Shown in pieces: positions 47,739 to 54,031 of a DNA stretch of 54,031 bases. Origin of the DNA: a virus. Its lineage: Duplodnaviria; Caudoviricetes. Positions within the stretch are counted from its first letter, which is position 1. The number at the start of each line of letters is the position of its first letter. Position numbers and translations under genes: made by a program. The notes beneath the pieces are model-generated. The model saw only the letters and a list, made by a program, of their open reading frames with translations. It was not told the DNA's origin and ran no database searches. The stretch covers positions 1 to 54,031 of the IMG/VR virus record IMGVR_UViG_3300021180_000001, one strand, 5' to 3'.

Positions 47739-48088
47739 TGAAAGAAAAATATAAATTGATGTATTCAGTAGATATTATATTTCCAACTACTAAAGACCAT
47801 TTTACGAGATTAGAAGTAGAGGAAGCTGTAAAATCAGATGGACGTATGGCCGCTTGTGATGCTGTGGTATTAGTTAGCATAATTAGATATGATGATAGAA
47901 ATGACTTCGCAATCCTTTCAGGAGATGGAGAAAATAAGAGCCAAAGCCTTCCAGTAGAAGATTGGTTTTCATTGATGGTTTTTGTGGCTCATAAGTTAAA
48001 AGACTATGATTTGACAAAATTGAAGACTGATGAATTGAAAGCTTATCAAACTTTTATGGAGATTTATCATGAACATAATGAACAGTAA
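47738..48088 (+). CDS. Hypothetical protein
   Basis: TAATG coupling; AAGGAG RBS. Confidence 0.6.
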   Translation: MKEKYKLMYSVDIIFPTTKDHFTRLEVEEAVKSDGRMAACDAVVLVSIIRYDDRNDFAILSGDGENKSQSLPVEDWFSLMVFVAHKLKDYDLTKLKTDELKAYQTFMEIYHEHNEQ

Positions 48089-48395
48089 AAATGGGTTTTT
48101 ATCTATCGAGATTCTTGGTAAGGAAAATAAAGAATTTTTCTGGGTAAGAATCCTTACTGCAGAACATATAGATTATGAAAATATTGGAAGGAAAGTTATG
48201 AAAGGATGGATTCCAGTCCCCGTAGATTTAGCAAATTATTATCTTATGGAAGATACTTGTAAATCTCTTCAAAATAATATAGATGTAACTATTAAGGACA
48301 ATATGTTTTATGGTAGTAATAGTATGATTCTATTTACTAGAAATACTGAAATAGGCAATGAAGAAAGATTAGTTCAGCTTCATTTATTAGAATAG
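48069..48395 (+). CDS. Paralog of head-module protein 4681..5187
   Basis: FFWVRI...KGWIPVP...TRNTEIGNEER versus YHWFRS...RGWTIVP...ERPKEIGDAER. Confidence 0.65.
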   Translation: MNIMNSKNGFLSIEILGKENKEFFWVRILTAEHIDYENIGRKVMKGWIPVPVDLANYYLMEDTCKSLQNNIDVTIKDNMFYGSNSMILFTRNTEIGNEERLVQLHLLE

Positions 48396-48414
48396 CTTGA
48401 AAAGGAGATAGAAA

Positions 48415-49029
48415 ATGAGTGATGATATAAATATACAATTAGATTTAATTAATAAAGAATTAATAGAAGATGAAGAGCAATTTTTGAATAATCCACTTAA
48501 TCCTTATCCTTACCAATTAAATATATTGCCATTCTCACCTGAAAATGAACTTGGATGGGTTAGAACAAGTTTAAAAGATGAAGCTAATCCTCAAAATCTA
48601 GAAAGAGCTATTCAAGAAGGATGGGTTCCTATTTCTGATGAGACGACGCAGTTTCATGAAATAGCAGGGAAATTGGGATTAACTGAAGATTCTTTTAAAG
48701 AGCTTGCGAAAAATCCTCATATCTCTTTTAAAGATGGATTCATTAGAACCAAAGATTCTATTCTATGCATAAGAAAGAAAAGAGAGCAGAAGGTTCATGA
48801 ATATCGTTTACTTTTTGGACAAACTACGGCGGCAGGATTAATACATGCAGAATTAAGCTATAATGAAGAAACTGATTGTATTGAATTGCTTACAGCTCCA
48901 TATAATGGAGAGTTTAGAGTAGATTTAAAAAATATGACAACATCTGTATTATATTCCGCAAAAGAATTATCTGAACAAATGCCAGAAGTAGATAGAATCC
49001 TTGAACCTTTTATGGAAAAACTTCCATAA
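48415..49029 (+). CDS. Second paralog of 4681..5187 with an extra C-terminal domain
   Basis: PLN...LGWVRTS...EGWVPI...DSILCIRKK. Confidence 0.65.
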   Translation: MSDDINIQLDLINKELIEDEEQFLNNPLNPYPYQLNILPFSPENELGWVRTSLKDEANPQNLERAIQEGWVPISDETTQFHEIAGKLGLTEDSFKELAKNPHISFKDGFIRTKDSILCIRKKREQKVHEYRLLFGQTTAAGLIHAELSYNEETDCIELLTAPYNGEFRVDLKNMTTSVLYSAKELSEQMPEVDRILEPFMEKLP

Positions 49030-49060
49030 AAAAATAGCCCTGATGAGGAACCAGGGCCAA
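49028..49060. terminator. Hairpin preceded by an A tract (minus-strand-type terminator)
   Basis: GCCCTG / CAGGGC stem. Confidence 0.45.
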
Positions 49061-49127
49061 ATATTTTATAAGGAACCACGGTCAATGATAAACTATATTA
49101 AATATTTATGCAAGGGGTTTTGAAATT

Positions 49128-49793
49128 GTGAATATGAATTCGGAAGAATATTGGAAAAAGTATTATGAAAGTTTGATTGATGACAAAGATAAGTCATTCA
49201 AAGATATTCTTGAGAAAGAAAATTCAGTTAATTTGCTTATTGGAAGAACAGAAAAGGAAGTTCAAGATAATTTACCAATAGAAGACCAGGAGATTGGTGA
49301 TGGTATATCATTATCTTCTATGGCACATCCGAGAAATATTTCCTATTTACGGAACAACAAAAATAAAGACTTTAATGATGATAGTTTAGAAGTTTTAGAA
49401 TTTGATATGGATATTGAATTTCTAACTACTGATTTTGAATTGTCAGAGCTTGAAAATTGTGAATTTTTAAAGAAAAGAAAAGAAGTTCTAAAATTTGAAA
49501 ATAAACTTTGTAAAAGATTCTCACAACTTGGAATTAGTTATCAAAAATTCTTATCTTTATTAATTTGTGCTAAGATGATATGTAAACAAAAATCTATAAT
49601 TCCTGTTATTTCAGAAATAACAAACATATGTCACAGAAATATTTTATTTCATCTATCAGAATTAGGAGAACTTGGATTCTTAATAAAGCATGGCTTGAAT
49701 GGAAAATGGGGAGAATATGAAATAACTCCTACAGGAACAGAAATATTAAACAAAGGTATTAAGATTTGGAGGGAAATTAATGAAGAAGATTAA
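49128..49793 (+). CDS. Protein with C-terminal winged-HTH (MarR/ArsR-like)
   Basis: ISEITNICHRNILFHLSELGELGFL...YEITPTGTEIL. Confidence 0.65.
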   Translation: MNMNSEEYWKKYYESLIDDKDKSFKDILEKENSVNLLIGRTEKEVQDNLPIEDQEIGDGISLSSMAHPRNISYLRNNKNKDFNDDSLEVLEFDMDIEFLTTDFELSELENCEFLKKRKEVLKFENKLCKRFSQLGISYQKFLSLLICAKMICKQKSIIPVISEITNICHRNILFHLSELGELGFLIKHGLNGKWGEYEITPTGTEILNKGIKIWREINEED

Positions 49794-50301
49794 ATTTACT
49801 AAAGAAAACATAAAGGCTGTTAAAAAACGTATTGTTTCGACTGATTCATCAGTTATTCTTAAGAAAGAGCAGAAAAAAAAGGTTAAAGTTAGCAAGGACC
49901 TTAGTGATGCTGTTGACCATGGAATAGGAAGTTATAAAAATAAATCTTCTAAAAAACATATAGAAAATTCTAAAAGGATTGAAAAAGAAAATAATATTCT
50001 TCGGGAACAAATTATCAAATATTTAGAAGCTAATTCACATAAATATTATATTTTCATGAGTTCTCCTTCTGCTTTTATAGTTGGAAAAAGTCAAAAATTA
50101 ACTACTTATTCAGTCAATGAAAATAGTGTTTTTATGCCTCGTGAGCATAAAGAGACTAAAAGTTATTTAACTTTAATATTAATATATTATGGAAATATGA
50201 TTTATTCAATAAAAGATAAGTTAGAAAATACACTTATTGACTTAGGTTGTGAAGTTGTTCATATTAGGTCAAGTAGTGAGATTCATCCTAAACTGGAATA
50301 A
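49780..50301 (+). CDS. Hypothetical protein, possibly a degenerate VRR-NUC-like domain
   Basis: E..L..QI..YL and LG..V..IRS ends resemble VRR-NUC, but no PD-(D/E)xK motif is visible. Confidence 0.45.
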   Translation: MKKIKFTKENIKAVKKRIVSTDSSVILKKEQKKKVKVSKDLSDAVDHGIGSYKNKSSKKHIENSKRIEKENNILREQIIKYLEANSHKYYIFMSSPSAFIVGKSQKLTTYSVNENSVFMPREHKETKSYLTLILIYYGNMIYSIKDKLENTLIDLGCEVVHIRSSSEIHPKLE

Positions 50302-50303
50302 AT

Positions 50304-50621
50304 ATGTTGGAGCTTAGACTTAAACCACTTACCGGAAATATGCCTTCTGATGAAGAGGAAGAACGGGCCTTAAAAGAAATAAGAGCCGCCTATGAAGAAT
50401 ATGAAAGATTATTAGAAAAATTAGAAAATTTAAAGTCTAAATATGGACAAACCATTTGTAAGCAACCTATTGCCATTTCATATGAAGATGTTAAACAAGC
50501 TGAAGATGAGTTAAAAATCTCAATAAGTAAATTTGATGAGTTAACTAATAAAAATCCATATACCTGGAATAAAGAATTTTGGAATATTATTAATCGAGAG
50601 AAAAAAAGATTTACAGTTTGA
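50304..50621 (+). CDS. Hypothetical helical protein
   Basis: Operonic ORF. Confidence 0.6.
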   Translation: MLELRLKPLTGNMPSDEEEERALKEIRAAYEEYERLLEKLENLKSKYGQTICKQPIAISYEDVKQAEDELKISISKFDELTNKNPYTWNKEFWNIINREKKRFTV

Positions 50622-50639
50622 AATAATATGGCATAATAT

Positions 50640-50735
50640 TAAATTCTTCTAAAGGTTTGGTTTGCAATCTCCTTCCTTTAGGAGGAAGGTCCATATTTCT
50701 TATCTTAGTTGGTTATGTGGGATTTATGGACCATC
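50640..50735 (+). ncRNA. Candidate sRNA copy 1 (two hairpins, anti-SD loop)
   Basis: TTTACA-N16-(TG)CATAAT promoter-like sequence; stems TTCTAAAGG/CCTTTAGGA and GGTCCATA/TATGGACC; loop CTCCTT. Confidence 0.6.
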
Positions 50736-50861
50736 ATTTAAGATTCTCATAATCTGGGCCCTTTTTTATTTCATTCATTCTTGAAATTACCGTTTGGAAC
50801 TCGATAATTCCAAACGGAACCATCATAAACATATACTTACATATCAAAATATAGTATTATG

Positions 50862-50945
50862 TTAAATTCCCCTAAGGTTGGCTTTGATAACTCCTTTCCT
50901 TGGGCGAAAGGTCCATATTTCTTATAGGATTTATGGACCATAATT
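50862..50945 (+). ncRNA. Candidate sRNA copy 2
   Basis: Diverged repeat of copy 1 with conserved pairing CCTAAGG/CCTTGGG and GGTCCATA/TATGGACC; loop CTCCTTT. Confidence 0.6.
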
Positions 50946-51136
50946 AATTCCAAGTTAAAACTGATATTTTTAACTACGAGTTTTATTGGTCGGCATTATA
51001 CATGCGCATTTTTCAGTGTTTCTTTCCATTTAATGCCGACTTATAAGGTTATTAGCAATTAAAATAACATAAATGTAGACATACATATTAAAATATAGTA
51101 ATATAGTAATTGGTCAAAAATAATTGGAATAATCTC

Positions 51137-51823
51137 ATGAAAAAACTATCCATTTTTGCTTTATCAATATTGCTACCTTCCCTTGTCGTTGCTGATTTTA
51201 ATCCCTATATCGGGACAGATATTCAAATGCGCCATATGTCTTTTGAAAGAAATTATGGAAGGAATCTATTTGGCAGAACTTCACTAGGTGGAAGCTTGTA
51301 TACTGGATTAAATGTTTTTCCTAATTTTGGAGTAGAAGTTGGATATGACTCCATGCCAACCCAATCAAGAGAAAAAACCTTAGCTTCTGGAACTATATTT
51401 TCAGGCTCTAAAAAAGTGACGCCAGACTTGTCTCCTATTGTTTTTCAGACAAAAGAAGATATCAGAGGACCCTACATTAACCTATTAGGGCTTTATCCTA
51501 TTTCAGAAGTTTTTCCTCTAGAAATCATAGGTTCGTTAGGTATTTCCTTTTTAAGGGCTCATTTTGAAAGAGCAGTTATCTGCGCCGGGAATTATAATGT
51601 TGATATGAATAGAATTTATAAAACCCATAGAAATGTGATTAAAATAGGTACAGGATTGCAATATGGACTAACTGACTATATTAAAGTTAGGACTAGTATC
51701 TATTTTTCTCAAACTAATAAATTGAATGCCTGTTCAATCGAAGGATTTTGCGGAGTTCTTACAGATGAAATAAAGCCTAATAATTCTCTATTATTTGGAT
51801 TAGGGTTAATTTGGGGTTTCTGA
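51137..51823 (+). CDS. Outer-membrane beta-barrel protein (OmpA-TM/Lom/Ail-like)
   Basis: Signal peptide MKKLSIFALSILLPSLVVA; PYIG, FGVEVGY, GTGLQY strands; C-terminal beta-signal GLGLIWGF. Confidence 0.85.
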   Translation: MKKLSIFALSILLPSLVVADFNPYIGTDIQMRHMSFERNYGRNLFGRTSLGGSLYTGLNVFPNFGVEVGYDSMPTQSREKTLASGTIFSGSKKVTPDLSPIVFQTKEDIRGPYINLLGLYPISEVFPLEIIGSLGISFLRAHFERAVICAGNYNVDMNRIYKTHRNVIKIGTGLQYGLTDYIKVRTSIYFSQTNKLNACSIEGFCGVLTDEIKPNNSLLFGLGLIWGF

Positions 51824-51857
51824 TATAATTCAAGTCAATTCACATAACTTACTACAA

Positions 51858-53429
51858 ATGGCGGAAGAGCTTTCCGCCCGTAGAAAAGCAGAAATATCCC
51901 TTCATCAGTTTACAAAACAAGCATGGCCACAAATAGAAGGTAATAGAGCATTTGTAGATGGATGGCATATCCAAGCTATTTGTGAACATTTAGAGGCTGT
52001 AGCAAGAGGAGAAATACGTAGACTTCTTATTAATGTTCCACCTAGAACAATGAAGTCTACTTTAGTATCTGTTGTGTTCCCAGCTTGGCTTTGGATAATA
52101 AGGCCCGAAGAACAATTCGCCTATGCTTCTTATTCGTCCGCTCTTTCCATGCGAGATTCTGTTAGATGCCGCCGTCTCATTTCTTCTCCCTGGTATCAAA
52201 CTCGTTGGGGTCATATATTTAATTTAGTTGGCGACCAAAATACTAAAAGTAGATTTGAAAATAACCAAATGGGATATCGCATTTCATTTGGCGTTAATTC
52301 TTCTGTTATTGGAGAAGGCGGTAATATCCTATGCGTAGATGACGGTAATAATGCCATGGATGGAGAATCCGAAACAGTTCGAGAAAGTACCAATCTCTGG
52401 TGGGATACAGCCTGGAGTATTCGCCTGAATGACCCGAAGACAGGCGCTTTAATTGCCGTTCAGCAACGTATCGATGAATTAGATTTATCTGCCCATATTA
52501 TGGAAAGTGATATTAATAAAGAATGGACTTATCTTATCCTTCCTATGGAATTTGAAAGCTCTAGACGAGCTAAAACGATTATCTTGCCTTCTACTAACGG
52601 AAAGATATGGCAAGACCCTAGAGAGAAAGATGGAGACCTTTTATGGCCAAATCGGATAGGGGAAAAAGAATTAAAACAACTTAAAGCAAGTCTTGGCTCT
52701 GAATATGCTATAGCCGGACAATTGCAACAAAGACCTGCTCCAGAAACGGGCGGTATAATGAAAAAATCCTGGTTCCAATTATGGAAACATCCTTCTCCAC
52801 CTAATATGTTTCAAGTATTACAAAGTTGGGATACGGCATTAGAGGCCAATGAAATGAATGCTTATTCAGCTTGTTCAACCTGGGGGCTGTTCTACGATGA
52901 GCATAAGGTTGTGAACGTCATACTTTTGGGGGTCTGGAGAGGTAGGGTCGAATATCCAGATTTGAGGAAGATGGCTAAAAGACTTTATGAAGATTATCGA
53001 GATGATGGAAGTATAGAAATAAAACCAGACGGTGCTCATATTCCTGATATTGTTTTAGTTGAATCTAAAGTATCAGGTATTTCGTTAGTCCAAGACTTAA
53101 GAAAAACGGGAATCATGGCTGTTAAATTTGACCCTAATAAATATGGGGATAAAATATTAAGGGTAAGAAAAATAACTCCTATATTAGAGGCGGGAAGAGT
53201 TTGGGTGCCTGCTAGACCTCCTGGCTATACAACTCTTAGAAGCTTTGCAGATACTTTGGTTCAAATGTGTTCTATTTTTCCCAATGCAGAGTCAAGAGAT
53301 TTAGTAGATAGCATGACTCAAGTACTGTTGAGATTGGTTTATGGTGGATATTTAACCCATCCTGATGATGAGCCAAGAGAATCTGGTTCTACTAAGCCTA
53401 AGCATACATTCTATGGAGTAGAAAAATAA
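51858..53429 (+). CDS. terL: Terminase large subunit
   Basis: INVPPRTMKS Walker A, ILCVDD Walker B, GQLQQRPAP, QSWDTA and DLVDSMTQ nuclease motifs. Confidence 0.95.
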   Translation: MAEELSARRKAEISLHQFTKQAWPQIEGNRAFVDGWHIQAICEHLEAVARGEIRRLLINVPPRTMKSTLVSVVFPAWLWIIRPEEQFAYASYSSALSMRDSVRCRRLISSPWYQTRWGHIFNLVGDQNTKSRFENNQMGYRISFGVNSSVIGEGGNILCVDDGNNAMDGESETVRESTNLWWDTAWSIRLNDPKTGALIAVQQRIDELDLSAHIMESDINKEWTYLILPMEFESSRRAKTIILPSTNGKIWQDPREKDGDLLWPNRIGEKELKQLKASLGSEYAIAGQLQQRPAPETGGIMKKSWFQLWKHPSPPNMFQVLQSWDTALEANEMNAYSACSTWGLFYDEHKVVNVILLGVWRGRVEYPDLRKMAKRLYEDYRDDGSIEIKPDGAHIPDIVLVESKVSGISLVQDLRKTGIMAVKFDPNKYGDKILRVRKITPILEAGRVWVPARPPGYTTLRSFADTLVQMCSIFPNAESRDLVDSMTQVLLRLVYGGYLTHPDDEPRESGSTKPKHTFYGVEK

Positions 53430-53485
53430 TTTAGAAAGTCATCCGCCCTCCTTGTTCAGTGGAAGGCGGACGACTCTCTAAATTA
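53427..53485 (-). other. 25-bp hairpin, fully paired only as minus-strand RNA
   Basis: Three A.C mismatches on + become G.U pairs on -. Confidence 0.6.
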
Positions 53486-53584
53486 AGAGGAAACACTAAT
53501 CCTTATCTTACTTTAAAAAACTCAGATTTTCAATCCTATACATCCTTTGAGCTAAATAAAGGGTAGGTACAAATTGCCACCCCC

Positions 53585-53681
53585 CTTGCTTCTTTTTTGC
53601 TTTTTTCAATCCATTGAAATATTAATACTTTTTTCTCTTATATTGGTTTAAAAAAGTCTCTTGCTTCTTTTTTGCTTTTTT
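53585..53681. repeat. 22-bp direct repeat CTTGCTTCTTTTTTGCTTTTTT x2
   Basis: Copies at 53585-53606 and 53660-53681. Confidence 0.85.
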
Positions 53682-53708
53682 TTGCCTCTCAAAGACCAAT
53701 ATTCAAAC

Positions 53709-53737
53709 TTGACATTAATAAGTCATTAATACACAAT
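53709..53737 (+). promoter_or_regulatory. Promoter of the portal/structural operon
   Basis: TTGACA-N17-CACAAT. Confidence 0.6.
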
Positions 53738-53771
53738 GCTGTAATTGATTCATGGTCAATAAGGCACCTGA

Positions 53772-54031
53772 ATGTCATCTATTTTTCGCTTAAACCTAGA
53801 GGAAGAGCTAGGAGAACCGCCTATCAATTCTCCAGAAATGGTTCCTCTTGAGTCTATCGTTAAGACTGAAGACTTGCCAGATGGAACCTCTGTCTTTGAA
53901 ATCCAAGATATATTAGAAGGACAAGAAGAGCCAAAACCTTCTGAATTAGATTTTTATGCCAATCTAGCTGAAGAACTAGATGAAGGCACTTTAAATAGCC
54001 TTGCTATCCGTCTTATTGAAGAAATCAATGA
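53772..54031 (+). CDS. Portal protein, 5' part (continues at position 128 after the overlap)
   Basis: MSSIFRLNLEEE...FYANLAEELDEGTL...; in frame with the 267..2300 ORF. Confidence 0.88.
   Translation, partial: MSSIFRLNLEEELGEPPINSPEMVPLESIVKTEDLPDGTSVFEIQDILEGQEEPKPSELDFYANLAEELDEGTLNSLAIRLIEEIN
53905..54031. repeat. Terminal direct repeat, copy 2
   Basis: Identical to 1-127. Confidence 0.97.

Noticed and set aside
49040-49090. Hammerhead ribozyme core CTGATGAG
   Set aside because: No stem II followed by GAAA; the sequence is better explained as a simple hairpin
50304-50430. Similarity RLLEKLENLKSKY to RLEERLAELRPKY of gene 4681
   Set aside because: Short coiled-coil-biased match; not distinguishable from chance by eye
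50840-50867. dif site: perfect XerD arm TTATGTTAAAT at 50857-50867
   Set aside because: The XerC arm (CATATCAAAAT) does not match, an AT-rich 11-mer is plausible by chance here, and it overlaps the sRNA promoter-like box
143-53429. Short antisense or out-of-frame ORFs within long genes (e.g. 143, 1498, 2448, 4119, 12360, 13812, 22175, 24066, 30036, 39653, 40493, 48858, 52211)
   Set aside because: Overlap well-supported genes, with no RBS or motif support

Overview
This window is an apparently complete, circularly assembled genome of an AT-rich tailed phage. Bases 1-127 equal 53905-54031, giving about 53,904 unique bp, and the portal gene runs across the join. The gene set is podovirus-like: portal, GroES-like protein, scaffold, decoration protein, Mu-gpT-like major capsid, adaptor/nozzle, three fibres and ejection proteins. 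These are followed by a YqaJ exonuclease-CsrA-RecT operon, a non-coding origin, MoxR AAA+/VWA genes, a long accessory region, an outer-membrane beta-barrel and terL. CsrA, the beta-barrel and a lambda-P-like protein point to a Gram-negative, probably gammaproteobacterial host. I could not recognise any integrase, replication initiator, polymerase, helicase or endolysin. The most unusual features are: (1) a ~5 kb array of ~18 intact plus ~3 decayed Gly/aromatic/acidic mini-genes, chained by a conserved ATGCGATTAA start/stop junction around terS and an Sm-like (DUF6948-like) gene; (2) accessory ORFs built from copied pieces of virion or regulatory genes, including a mosaic of major-capsid fragments, which may be decoys; (3) an oriC-like DnaA-box origin, a near-perfect host-type parS and a lambda-P-like loader without O, suggesting a mini-chromosome-style replicon; (4) several structured non-coding elements, including duplicated candidate sRNAs with anti-SD loops and tandem pseudoknots before the capsid genes. 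Family names are from recognition of motifs by eye; no searches were run.
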